DNA from: Phycisphaerae bacterium
Lineage (GTDB): Bacteria; Planctomycetota; Phycisphaerae; UBA1845; PWPN01
Reading direction: 5' to 3'
Length of the DNA stretch: 64,000 bases
Assembly: GCA_012719955.1 (NCBI GenBank)
Contig: JAAXZI010000091.1
Location: 11,293-75,292, forward strand
Shown here: positions 49,560 through 58,196 of the stretch, piece by piece
Layout of the letters: the number at the start of each line of letters is the position of its first letter
Numbering within the stretch: position 1 is the stretch's first letter
Position numbers and translations under genes: made by a program
The notes under the pieces: model-generated
The model's database searches: none
The model's input: only the letters and a program-made list of their open reading frames with translations
What the model was told of the DNA's origin: nothing

Positions 49560-50894
49560 ATGAGAAGGTGGTTGGTGTGGGCCGGAGTGGCGGCCGGGCT
49601 GACATGGGCGGCGAGTGCCGCCATGGCCGGCGGACACTCGGCCTGTAAATCGTCGGCGTGCCGCGCTCGCGCGTGTGGCACGTCGGGAAAGCATTGTGCT
49701 ACGCCGTGCGGTGATGAGTGCGCGCACGTGGCCTGCACCCCTGTGCAGACGCGGGAGTGTACGATCACGGAGACGGTGTGGGAGACGCAGCAATGCACTG
49801 AGATGCGCAAAGTGCGCGAGACGGTGATGAAGCCCGTCGAGAAGACCTGCTACCGCACCGTCAAGGAGACGTGCTACAAGGATGTGACCAGGACCGTGTG
49901 CAAGCCGGTCTGGGAGACGATCGAGAAGGAGGAGCGCTATACCGTAAACCGGCCGGTGTATGAAACCCGGACTCGGGAGGTCCCCTACACGGTCATGAAC
50001 CCCGTGTATGAGACCATCGAGAAGGAATGCCGCCGGACGATCTGCAAGCCTGTCTGGGAGACGAGCGAGAAGGAATGTGTCCGGACGGTGTGCAAGCCGG
50101 TGACGGAGACGTTCGAGAAGGAAGAGCGTTACACGGTGTGCAAGCCGGTCTGGGAGACGCGCGAACGCAAGGTCCAGACCTGCACTTACAAGGCGGTCGA
50201 GGAGACCGTCATGGTGAAGCGCTGCATCCAGGAGCCGGGCGAGTGCCGATTCGATCCGGCAACCTGCCAGTATGTCTACACCCCGGGCAAGGTCCGCTGG
50301 GTTAAAGAGCCCTGCACCGTAACCAAGTGCGTGGCGGTCCCTGAGACCCAGACCATCCAGGAAAAAGTCTGCCGGATGGTGAAGGAGGAGTGCGTTCGGA
50401 AGGTTCCGTACACCCGCACGCGGATGGTGACCGAGCGCATCGTCGAGAAGGTTCCGGTCCGCACCTGCCGGATGGTGAAAGAGGAATGCGTTCGGAAGGT
50501 TCCGTGCACCCGGACGCGGATGGTGACCGAGCGTATCGTCGAGAAAGTCCCGGTCCGCACTTGCCGGATGGTTTCCGAGGAGATCGTTGAGAAAGTTCCG
50601 GTTCGCGTCTGCCGGATGGTTGCCGAACAGCGGACCCGGACGGAGACCTACCAGGTCTGCCGGAACGTCTGCGAAGAGCGCGTCCGCAAGGTGCCGGTGA
50701 GAACCTGCCGGATGGTCTCCGAGCAGATCACCGAAAAGGTGCCCTACACCGTGACCAAGCAGGTGCCCTACACGGTCACCACCTGCGTGCCCGAATGCGT
50801 GGAGAAGGAAGTACCGGTCACCGTGACCCGTTGCGTTCCCCGCCAGGTAACGCGGACGATCCAGGTGGCGGTGTGCCCGGATCCGTGCAAGTAA
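49560..50894 (+). CDS. Secreted Cys-rich repeat protein of the planctomycetal YTV type
   Basis: GAGGAGG upstream, signal peptide MRRWLVWAGVAAGLTWAASAAMA, and dozens of short repeats of the form C(K/R)PVWET.EKE.., YTV and VPVRTCRMV. Confidence 0.8.
   Translation: MRRWLVWAGVAAGLTWAASAAMAGGHSACKSSACRARACGTSGKHCATPCGDECAHVACTPVQTRECTITETVWETQQCTEMRKVRETVMKPVEKTCYRTVKETCYKDVTRTVCKPVWETIEKEERYTVNRPVYETRTREVPYTVMNPVYETIEKECRRTICKPVWETSEKECVRTVCKPVTETFEKEERYTVCKPVWETRERKVQTCTYKAVEETVMVKRCIQEPGECRFDPATCQYVYTPGKVRWVKEPCTVTKCVAVPETQTIQEKVCRMVKEECVRKVPYTRTRMVTERIVEKVPVRTCRMVKEECVRKVPCTRTRMVTERIVEKVPVRTCRMVSEEIVEKVPVRVCRMVAEQRTRTETYQVCRNVCEERVRKVPVRTCRMVSEQITEKVPYTVTKQVPYTVTTCVPECVEKEVPVTVTRCVPRQVTRTIQVAVCPDPCK
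50370..50561 (+). repeat. Two near-identical 96-nt tandem units inside the YTV gene
   Basis: 50370-50465 and 50466-50561 both encode CRMVKEECVRKVP(Y/C)TRTRMVTERIVEKVPVRT. They differ at only a few, mostly synonymous, positions. Confidence 0.85.
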
Positions 50895-51082
50895 GCGCTC
50901 GGTTGGGCTTTGTAATCTCGGTTGTCAGCGGCTAACCAGCCATCGGCGGCCCGCAAGTCTGACACCTGGCTTTCATGCCGGCGTGCGGACTGTGCGGGCC
51001 GCGGCCTTTTCTGGGGGCCGTGTTGCGTCCGGTCGGCCCAGGCGTACAATGCGCCCCGGTCGATATGACGAGGAGGAAACCC

Positions 51083-52168
51083 ATGGCTCGTAAACCTGCA
51101 CGGCCCCGTCGCTCACAACCGTTCGCCGATGCGCCCATTACCAACTGGCAACAGCTCGGCGGCATCGAGACATCCGTTCTGGACAACGGCCCCGGCCGTG
51201 GCGTCCGCATCGCCTGGGTCAACACCGGCGGTGGATTGCGTTACAAGGTGGTCATTGATCGGGGGCTGGATATCGCGGACGCCGAGTTTCGCGGCGAGTC
51301 GCTCACCTGGCACTCTTTCACCGGCATTACCGCCCCCCGCTCGGCCTATAGCCGGGGCTTTGAATGGCTGAAGGGTTTTTACGGCGGACTGCTGGTGAGC
51401 TGTGGGCCGTTGAACACGGGCGGGCCGTTCACTGAGAACGGCGTAGAGTACGGCCTGCACGGCACGCACTCCAACACGCCGGCCATCATCGAGTCGATCG
51501 TCAATCCCGATCCCTCGCGCGGCCAGTACGAGATGAGCATTACCGGCCTGGTCCGCACGGCCCGCGTATTCAACCCCAACGTGGAGCTCCGCCGGACCAT
51601 CAGCAGCACGCTGGGCGAGCCCGCCATCCGCGTCACCGATGTGTTTACCAATCGCGGCAACGAGCCGGTTGAGCATGAGTGGCTGCTGCACATCAACTTC
51701 GGTTACCCGCTGTTGGAGCCGGGAGCCAGCACCTACTGCTACAAGGGCAAGCTGACGCCTCGTGGCGACGGGGTGGAGTGGTTTACCAAGAGGAAGGATT
51801 TCCGGGCAGCGCCCGCCCCGCTGGACGCACACCGGGGCACCGGCGAGGTGTTCACCTACATCGATCCGCCCGTGGACGCACGGGGCATGGTTACGGCGGG
51901 CGTGGTCAACCGCAAGCGCGGCATCGGCGTGCGGATCGAGTATCCCAAGGCCGATTTCCCCCGGCTGGGGAACTGGCAGCACTGGGGGCCGGGCGAGTAC
52001 ACCGGGGCCCTGGAACCGATGACCGGCGGGGTGGAAGGCCGGCCCACGGACCGCGAGCGCGGCTGGCTCATCATGCTGAAGCCGGGCCAGACCATCGAGC
52101 ATCGTTGCACGATCACGGCCACGGCCGACAGCCAGGACATCGAGCGGCTACTGAGACTGAATCGGTAA
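51083..52168 (+). CDS. Aldose 1-epimerase-like protein (DUF4432-like)
   Basis: GAGGAGG lies 6 nt upstream of the ATG at 51083. Contains YGLHGTHSNTPA and EHEWLLHINFGYP, which are mutarotase-fold patterns. Confidence 0.6.
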   Translation: MARKPARPRRSQPFADAPITNWQQLGGIETSVLDNGPGRGVRIAWVNTGGGLRYKVVIDRGLDIADAEFRGESLTWHSFTGITAPRSAYSRGFEWLKGFYGGLLVSCGPLNTGGPFTENGVEYGLHGTHSNTPAIIESIVNPDPSRGQYEMSITGLVRTARVFNPNVELRRTISSTLGEPAIRVTDVFTNRGNEPVEHEWLLHINFGYPLLEPGASTYCYKGKLTPRGDGVEWFTKRKDFRAAPAPLDAHRGTGEVFTYIDPPVDARGMVTAGVVNRKRGIGVRIEYPKADFPRLGNWQHWGPGEYTGALEPMTGGVEGRPTDRERGWLIMLKPGQTIEHRCTITATADSQDIERLLRLNR

Positions 52169-52187
52169 GAAAGGTGGAACAGCACGC

Positions 52188-54593
52188 ATGACATCAGCAC
52201 AGACGGCCCGGGTCAGCAGGCCCGGCGCAGGGCGGCGCGGCCGGTACGACATCGCCATGACTGGCCGCCGGATCGGCGGATTGCTGGCCTGCGGGGTGGC
52301 GCTGTCGCTGCTGGGCGTGGCGCCGGCCAGGTCGGCGGAGCCGGCCTGGATCACGGCGGCGGACTCCGGGTGTCCCCTTTTTCGGAAGGAATTCACGCTG
52401 CCGGACGCGCCGCGCAAGGCGACGCTGAAGATTGTCGGGCTGGGCCATTTTCACCTGCGGGTCAATGGCCGGCCAGCCGGAGACGCCGTTCTCCACCAGC
52501 CCTGGTCGCAGTACGACAAGACCATCTATTTCGAGGAGCTGGACATTGCCCTCCTGCTGCGCAAGGGGCCTAATGCGCTCGGTGTCTTGCTGGGCAACTC
52601 GTTCTGGTTCAACCCGCCCGCGCCGGCCGGTCGCTATCACAAGGTCGGCCCGGAGACGAATTTCGGGACGCCCTTCCTGCTGCGCGTCGAAGCCGACATT
52701 GAAACCGCGGACGGCAGCCAGATCCGCATCGTTTCGGATGACACCTGGAAGACGGCCCCCGGTCCGGTGACGTTCAGTCACGTGTTCGGCGGCGAGGATT
52801 ATGATGCCCGAAAGGAGCCGGCGGGCTGGGATGAGCCGGGCTTTGACGATCAACATTGGGCCACGGCCCGCCCGGAGCAAGCCCCCACTGCGCGGCTGGA
52901 GAAGCAGTTCTGGCCGCCGATTCGCGCAAAGGAGGTGTTTTCTCCCAGCGAGGTCGTTGAGGTCGAGCCGGGTCTCTTCCACGCCTTCTTCCCGCAGAAC
53001 GCGTCCGGCATACTTCGTTTCACCGTCCAGGGCGCCGCCGGGCAGAGCTTCACCGTGCAGCCGTCGGAGTATCGCTCCGACGACGGCAAGTTCATGAAGC
53101 CCCGCTGGGGCGCGCCCGTGCTTTTCAACTACACGCTCCGGGGCGGCGGGCCGGAGCAGCACCAGTGGCTGTTCCACTACCAGGGCTTCCTGGCCGTGGA
53201 GGTGAAGGGGGCGGTCTACAAGGATAAACCTAACCCGCAGAAGCTGCCCGTGCTCGAGCGCCTGGAGCTGGTCCACGTGCGCACCGACTTGCCCCAGGTC
53301 GGCGCGTTTCGCACCTCCAGCCGGCTTTTCAACGAGACGCATCGCCTCATCGACTGGGCCATGCGCTCCAACATGTCTTATGTGCTGAGCGACTGCCCGC
53401 ATCGCGAGAAGCTCGGCTGGCTGGAATGCGCCCATCTGCTCGTGCCCACCTTCTGCTACCGCTATGACTGCCGCGACTGGTTCGCCAAGATTGCCCGCGA
53501 TATCAGGGACGCCCAGGAGCCCACCGGGCGCATTCTGACCGTCGCGCCGTCGTATCCGGAGACCCGTTTCCCAAGCGCTTTTCACTGGACGGTGGAATGG
53601 GGCGCCGCCGGGGCCCTCCTGCCGTGGCACCATTACGTCTGGTACGCAGACCCGCGGATCCTCCACGACAACTACGACTGTATGCGCCGCTTCGTCGATT
53701 ACGTGGCCTCCGTATCGAAGGAGGGAATTGCCCCCGGCGGCTTGGGCGACTGGTATGACTACGGCCACGGCCGGCCCCCCGGCCCCAGCCGCTTTACCCC
53801 GCAGGACTTGACCGCGACCGCCGTGCAGATCATGTGCATCGACGCGGTGATCAACGCGGCCGATGTGCTGGGCAAGACCGACGACGTTCAACGCTACCAG
53901 GCGCTGCGCGCGAGCACGGCCGGAGCGTACCTGAAGAAGTTCTACGATCCGCAGAAGCGCACCTTCGCCAACAACGGCTCCTGCCAGTGCGCCCACACCA
54001 TCTCGCTGGCAGCCGGCGTGGTACCCGAGGCCGACCGCCAGGCCGTGCTCGATGCAGTGATTGCCGACCTGGAGCAGCGCGGCTGGCAGCAGACTCCGGG
54101 GGACATCGGCCACGTGTTCTTCATCCGTGCCCTGGCTCAGGCTGGCCGGTCGGATGTCCTGCACCGGGTCTATGCGCGTGACGGCGTGGGCAGCTACGGC
54201 GGCATCCTCAAGAAGGGCCTCACCGCCATGCCGGAAACCTGGGACGCCATCAGCGACGGCGTGCAGTCGCTGAACCACTGCATGCTGGGGCACGTGATGG
54301 AGTGGTACTACGGCTACGTGGCCGGCATCCGCCAGCAGCCCGGCAGTATCGGCTGGAAGAAGATTCTCATTGCGCCGGAGCCCGGTCCGCTGAGCGAGGC
54401 CGAAGCCACCTTCGACAGCCCCGCTGGCCGCATCCGCAGCCGTTGGACGGTCAAGAACGGCAAGTTCCGCCTGGATGCTGAAGTCGCCGACGGTGTCGAA
54501 GCCCAGCTCATTGCTCCGGATGGGACGAAGAAAACCGTCGGCCCGGGCCGGCATACGCTCGAATGCGAGATCGGAACGTCGAGGAATAACTAG
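52188..54593 (+). CDS. Alpha-L-rhamnosidase (GH78)
   Basis: Signal-like N-terminus, FRKEFTLP..LKIVGLGHFHLRVNG, and the catalytic-domain motif SDCPHREKLGWLECAHL. The alternative start is 52257. Confidence 0.75.
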   Translation: MTSAQTARVSRPGAGRRGRYDIAMTGRRIGGLLACGVALSLLGVAPARSAEPAWITAADSGCPLFRKEFTLPDAPRKATLKIVGLGHFHLRVNGRPAGDAVLHQPWSQYDKTIYFEELDIALLLRKGPNALGVLLGNSFWFNPPAPAGRYHKVGPETNFGTPFLLRVEADIETADGSQIRIVSDDTWKTAPGPVTFSHVFGGEDYDARKEPAGWDEPGFDDQHWATARPEQAPTARLEKQFWPPIRAKEVFSPSEVVEVEPGLFHAFFPQNASGILRFTVQGAAGQSFTVQPSEYRSDDGKFMKPRWGAPVLFNYTLRGGGPEQHQWLFHYQGFLAVEVKGAVYKDKPNPQKLPVLERLELVHVRTDLPQVGAFRTSSRLFNETHRLIDWAMRSNMSYVLSDCPHREKLGWLECAHLLVPTFCYRYDCRDWFAKIARDIRDAQEPTGRILTVAPSYPETRFPSAFHWTVEWGAAGALLPWHHYVWYADPRILHDNYDCMRRFVDYVASVSKEGIAPGGLGDWYDYGHGRPPGPSRFTPQDLTATAVQIMCIDAVINAADVLGKTDDVQRYQALRASTAGAYLKKFYDPQKRTFANNGSCQCAHTISLAAGVVPEADRQAVLDAVIADLEQRGWQQTPGDIGHVFFIRALAQAGRSDVLHRVYARDGVGSYGGILKKGLTAMPETWDAISDGVQSLNHCMLGHVMEWYYGYVAGIRQQPGSIGWKKILIAPEPGPLSEAEATFDSPAGRIRSRWTVKNGKFRLDAEVADGVEAQLIAPDGTKKTVGPGRHTLECEIGTSRNN

Positions 54594-54847
54594 CTGCCAG
54601 GCTGACCGAGGCGACACAGGCAACCGCGCGGAGATACATTAGACGCGTGTAGTGGTCTTGGAGAGGACGGCCGCGGTGCCGGTCGGATAGTAATTGAGGT
54701 GCCTCGTGTCCCAGACGCTCTTCATCCGGGCTCGCAAGCGCGCGACGGTCCATCATCAATGCTTCGATTGACAACCTTTGCTCACGAATTACGCTGATAA
54801 GCGTGCCATCGGAGGCCAAGACCGACCCTCTCTTGCAGGAATAACTC

Positions 54848-55768
54848 GTGCTCCTCTTCGTCGATGAAAGCGGGCAAGACAACAGGGACATGCCGTGCGA
54901 AGTCCTGGCGGGGGTGGCTGTTGAACAGAGAAACTTATGGAACCTGGTCAAAGCTATCCGCTCGGCAGAAAAGGAGCACTTTGGGGACTACCTGCGGAAT
55001 CTGCGCATCTCGGAAGTGAAGGCCAAAACACTGTTGAAGCGGAAGCGTTTTCGCCTTGCAGGACAGAGAATCTCGATCCCCGAGGAGGAGTTACCCAGCC
55101 TCGCACGATCGGCACTCCTGAAAGGCATGGAAGCGCACGACGCGGGCAAGAGCGCGAGCACGGTCACGGCCCGGGAGCTGACCGGCTATAGCCGATCTGT
55201 TCTTCGCTTCATAGGTACTGTGTTGGATATTGCCGCGGCCCACGGTGTAAAGGTGCTGGCTTCTGTGGTCGATGGAAACGCCGCTCGTTCGGACCGTGAC
55301 TTGTTGCGGAAGGATGTCGTCTACCTGTTCGAGCGCTATTTCTACCTGCTGCAGCACTCCTGCCCCGACCGACGCGGACTGGTAATCTTCGATGAACTGG
55401 AAAAAAGCCGCGCCAAGTACCTGATTCAGTGCATGGCGGCGTATTTTCTTGGGACCGACAAAGGGCGCTTCCGGAGTTCTCTGATCGTGCCGGAACCGTT
55501 CTTCGTCCATTCGGATCTGACCACCGGGATTTTCCTGGCCGACTTGGCCGCTTACATCTTGGGCTGGGGATGGCGTCTAAACAGCATGCCGCAGCCCCGG
55601 CGTGATGAGTTGAAGGCCTACGCGCGGAAGCTTCATCAGATGCAGTTTCATTGTCAGGTAGACCACGACGGAGCCCCCCTGCAGGTTCACAGCATCGTCT
55701 ACCTCGACGATCTTCGCGGGCGGCTGGACCGGCTGACCGGGGAAGGGCTTGAAAGGGAGGAGGAGTAA
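54848..55768 (+). CDS. DUF3800-like protein
   Basis: GTG start with AGGAA upstream. N-terminus LLFVDESGQD is typical of DUF3800. GC content and codon choice (AAA, AGA, TTG) are visibly lower and different from the neighbours. Confidence 0.6.
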   Translation: MLLFVDESGQDNRDMPCEVLAGVAVEQRNLWNLVKAIRSAEKEHFGDYLRNLRISEVKAKTLLKRKRFRLAGQRISIPEEELPSLARSALLKGMEAHDAGKSASTVTARELTGYSRSVLRFIGTVLDIAAAHGVKVLASVVDGNAARSDRDLLRKDVVYLFERYFYLLQHSCPDRRGLVIFDELEKSRAKYLIQCMAAYFLGTDKGRFRSSLIVPEPFFVHSDLTTGIFLADLAAYILGWGWRLNSMPQPRRDELKAYARKLHQMQFHCQVDHDGAPLQVHSIVYLDDLRGRLDRLTGEGLEREEE

Positions 55769-56028
55769 AAAAGGAAAAAGGCAATGCCCGGCCCGTCGGG
55801 CCGACCAAAGCCTCCACCAGAAGTATCGGGAACGAACCCCAAAAAGTCAAGCCTTTTTGCGGAAGCAACCAACGAACGAACTGTGGAAAAAGATAAGTCT
55901 CTCGCACACCTGCTTTTATGGGGGGTCATATCGATCCTGATGTGATGAGGATCGAGCTATGGCCGGATGGCCGGAAGAAGGCGCCAACGGCCACTCGGAG
56001 ACGGCCAGGATGACGCGAGCCCGATGAC

Positions 56029-56156
56029 GGAAGGCGAAGGAATCGTACCTCCAGCGGGCGTGGGATTTTGGTGTTCGAGGTCGGTGCCCGCCTTGGGCGA
56101 TACCTTCCAACTGCCCCGGCGGGAGTCGAACCGGCGTCCACGGCTTGAAGGGCCGC
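56029..56156 (-). other. Two adjacent tRNA-like fragments (not intact tRNAs)
   Basis: Minus strand of 56119-56156 reads GCGGC-CCTTCAA-GCCGT GGAC GCCGG-TTCGACT-CCCGC, an anticodon-arm-like plus T-arm-like unit with no matching acceptor stem. Minus strand of 56029-56108 reads GGAAGGT..GGAGG-TACGATT-CCTTC-GCCTTCC, with acceptor-like and T-arm-like stems but no D or anticodon arms. Confidence 0.3.
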
Positions 56157-56180
56157 AATGTCGGGCGGCTGTGTGCTCCC

Positions 56181-57683
56181 CTACACGTTGCTCGCCAGCT
56201 TCAGCCGGTACATCTTGGCGAAGGCCTTCCAGCGGCGGGCGTCGCTGCGGTCGCCGCAGTAGAGGACCGGGTGCGGACCGGAGTAGATCTGGCACACGTC
56301 ATCCACCCGATCGATGTCCACCAGCACACGGGTGGCGCAGCCGCCGGTTGGCGGCGCAGTGGGCGACTCGATGACTTTCCCGGTCCAGCAGTTGAGGATG
56401 TCCTCTCCGCTGAGATACTTGCACAAGAGCACGGGCGCCCCCGGCGTCCACTGCACGTCGAGCGCGGCGGTCTTGGGCAACTGGTGGAAGAACGGCCGCA
56501 CCAGGTAATCCTGCGAGGGCCCCTGCGGGCCGTGCAGCTTCCAGGTGCAGGTACAGTGGGCGCCGAAGTAGCGGTTCTCGCTGGTGTCGAACTCCGGATT
56601 GTGCTGGAAACCGCCCCGCCCCAGGAGCCACCGCCCGAGCATCATTGTCAGCGTCGCGTTGAGATCATTCTCGCAGCCGCAGGGCACGAGCGCGCCGTTG
56701 TTGGTCGCGAAGCTGATGCAGGGTTTGCGATGCTTGAGCTGCAGGCACTCGATGGTGATCGCATCCGCGCCGTAACGCTCCATGATCTGTCCAACGGCCG
56801 TATGCGCCCGCATGGCGTCCACGAAGTACTCGTCGGTCACGTCCATGACCCGCACGGCGTTGTTTTTGAAGCGCATGGCCTCGGCCACCAGGGCGTCATC
56901 CGGCTTCACGGCGTCGAAGAGGCTGTTAAACTCCTCGGCCGGCACCTCGATAATGTCCACGTCCAGACGCGGCTCCTGCGTTCGGGTGGGCGCCTGGACC
57001 CGGCCGGAGACACGCAACAGGCGGCTCTGGGCCAGCATCTTGCGGGCATTGACGGCGCACAGCCCACGCTCGATTTCGTCCCAGTTCTCAATGGAGTGAA
57101 TGTAATAGAGCCCCTCCGCGTTGCGCAGGTAATCGGGAGGCAATTGGTGGTTGGAGCCCAGGGAGTGGTAGACGATGCTTGTGGGTGTCCCCGATTCTGT
57201 GGCCATGCGGAACGCCTGCTGGGAGAGGGTGTTCCAGAAATTGACGATGAGAACGGCATCCAGGCGGGCAGCCTTGGCCCGGGTGATGAATTCGTTGACC
57301 TTGGCTTCCTGGTAGATGCCGCCCTGCTGGAACTCGACGGCCACGCCGCACTTGCCGGCGATCTCTTTGATCTTGGCGGTGAACTTGCGCTCCTGTTGCT
57401 CGGGCTCAAACTGGTTGCCCGGCCAGGTGAACCAGTTGAATTTCCGCCAGTTGTCCTCCATCCGGCCTTCGTTGACCACGTCGGCCGGGGGATAAAGGAA
57501 AGCCACCAGAACCTTCGCCGGTTGTTTGTCTCGTTTGGTCAAGGGCAGGGTCAGCGGGGAAGCAGGCTGGGGGCTCGCCTGACCGGCCGCCGTGCCCGAG
57601 ACGAACCCCGCCGCTCCAATTGCGCTCGCCGCAGCCAGAAACTCGCGCCGGGCCAGCTTGCCTGCTGAGCATGATTCACACAT
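56181..57683 (-). CDS. Tat-signal protein of unknown function (faint sugar-isomerase-like impression only)
   Basis: Twin-arginine leader KLARREFLAAASAIGAAGFVSG. It is a 500-aa soluble domain with GCENDLNATLTMM. No confident family was assigned. Confidence 0.45.
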   Translation of the reverse strand: MCESCSAGKLARREFLAAASAIGAAGFVSGTAAGQASPQPASPLTLPLTKRDKQPAKVLVAFLYPPADVVNEGRMEDNWRKFNWFTWPGNQFEPEQQERKFTAKIKEIAGKCGVAVEFQQGGIYQEAKVNEFITRAKAARLDAVLIVNFWNTLSQQAFRMATESGTPTSIVYHSLGSNHQLPPDYLRNAEGLYYIHSIENWDEIERGLCAVNARKMLAQSRLLRVSGRVQAPTRTQEPRLDVDIIEVPAEEFNSLFDAVKPDDALVAEAMRFKNNAVRVMDVTDEYFVDAMRAHTAVGQIMERYGADAITIECLQLKHRKPCISFATNNGALVPCGCENDLNATLTMMLGRWLLGRGGFQHNPEFDTSENRYFGAHCTCTWKLHGPQGPSQDYLVRPFFHQLPKTAALDVQWTPGAPVLLCKYLSGEDILNCWTGKVIESPTAPPTGGCATRVLVDIDRVDDVCQIYSGPHPVLYCGDRSDARRWKAFAKMYRLKLASNV

Positions 57684-57908
57684 GGTTCTCGTCCTCCGTA
57701 GTCAGCGCTCCAAGCCCAAAACCCTTTGCCGCAAGTTATACCGGGCCCGGAAAGCTGACGCGAGGCCCCCGCCGCTCTCGCGTCGGTTATGTTAGGGTGG
57801 GGTGAGAGGATGAAGTATCAGAAATAATGAATATATATTATCAACAGTGAATTCCGGCTTCTGGGGTTGCGAGTCGCGCTGTTCGCCGCAAAGGTGTGGC
57901 CTGAACGG

Positions 57909-57936
57909 TTGAAACTGCTCGAAGATCGACTAAAAT
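57909..57936 (+). promoter_or_regulatory. Candidate sigma-70 promoter for tRNA-Lys
   Basis: TTGAAA at 57909-57914, a 16-nt spacer, and TAAAAT at 57931-57936, 17 nt before the tRNA 5' end. Confidence 0.45.
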
Positions 57937-57952
57937 ACGTCGCAACATATGA

Positions 57953-58025
57953 GCCGCTCTAGCTCAATTGGCAGAGCACGAGACTCTTAATCTTGGGGTT
58001 CTGGGTTCGACTCCCAGGGGCGGCA
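57953..58025 (+). tRNA. tRNA-Lys (anticodon CUU)
   Basis: Manual cloverleaf: acceptor GCCGCTC/GGGCGGC, D arm GCTC-AATTGGCA-GAGC, anticodon arm CGAGA-CTCTTAA-TCTTG (CTT at 57986-57988), variable loop GGGTT, T arm CTGGG-TTCGACT-CCCAG, discriminator A. CCA is not encoded. Confidence 0.9.
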
Positions 58026-58031
58026 GAATGG

Positions 58032-58071
58032 GCTCCGAACTGGCCGGACGGCTGGTTCGGAGCTTTTTTTT
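58032..58071 (+). terminator. Rho-independent terminator after tRNA-Lys
   Basis: GCTCCGAACTGGCC-GGAC-GGCTGGTTCGGAGC stem-loop followed by eight T residues. Confidence 0.85.
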
Positions 58072-58196
58072 GTGGGGTCCGCGGATCCCGCAGGGCTTGG
58101 AAAGGATGTGGTGCAGGTGCTAGACTGATAGCTGCGCCTGGGCCTTCTGGAAGGTGATATTTCGGCTTAACCTTCTTCGTAGAAAGATGTTATTTC

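Noticed and set aside
50370-50561. Tandem repeats (96-nt units, heptamers at 1983-2010, word repeats at 11479-11575) as a CRISPR array.
   Set aside because: There is no repeat-spacer-repeat organisation with unique spacers. The 96-nt units are in-frame coding duplications and the others are contiguous short-period repeats. No cas genes are present.
52194-54623. Very long antisense ORFs opposite real genes: 809 aa opposite GH78, and also 7177-9039, 24679-26400, 61885-63681, 19184-20764, 56145-57668, 27246-28643, 33582-34787, 29026-30054 and 5410-6387.
   Set aside because: These are typical shadow ORFs of GC-rich DNA. Their translations are Arg/Gly/Pro/Ala-rich with no motifs, while the opposite strand carries clear family signatures (GH78, FtsX, dxs, gdhA, nitrilase, hemL, gyrB, dnaA).
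54508-54951. Minus-strand 147-aa ORF overlapping the GH78 stop and the DUF3800 start, as a possible partner gene (for example an antitoxin-like protein).
   Set aside because: It overlaps two better-supported genes, has Ser/Arg-rich low-information composition and shows no recognisable motif or ribosome-binding site.
55960-56030. SRP (4.5S) RNA-like string CCGGAAGAAGGCGCCAACGGC...GATGACGCG.
   Set aside because: The bases flanking the GGAA tetraloop do not pair as in helix 8 (CC-GGAA-GA instead of CC-GGAA-GG). The conserved AGCAGC 3' strand is absent and no extended helix 5 can be drawn.
56029-56183. Possible intact tRNA-Sec, tRNA-Glu or tmRNA gene on the minus strand.
   Set aside because: No pairing partner exists for an acceptor stem around the GGTTCGACTCC T arm, and the loop would have C at position 33. 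The second unit lacks D and anticodon arms. A tmRNA body would have to overlap about 280 nt of a well-formed CDS. I kept them only as tRNA-like fragments.
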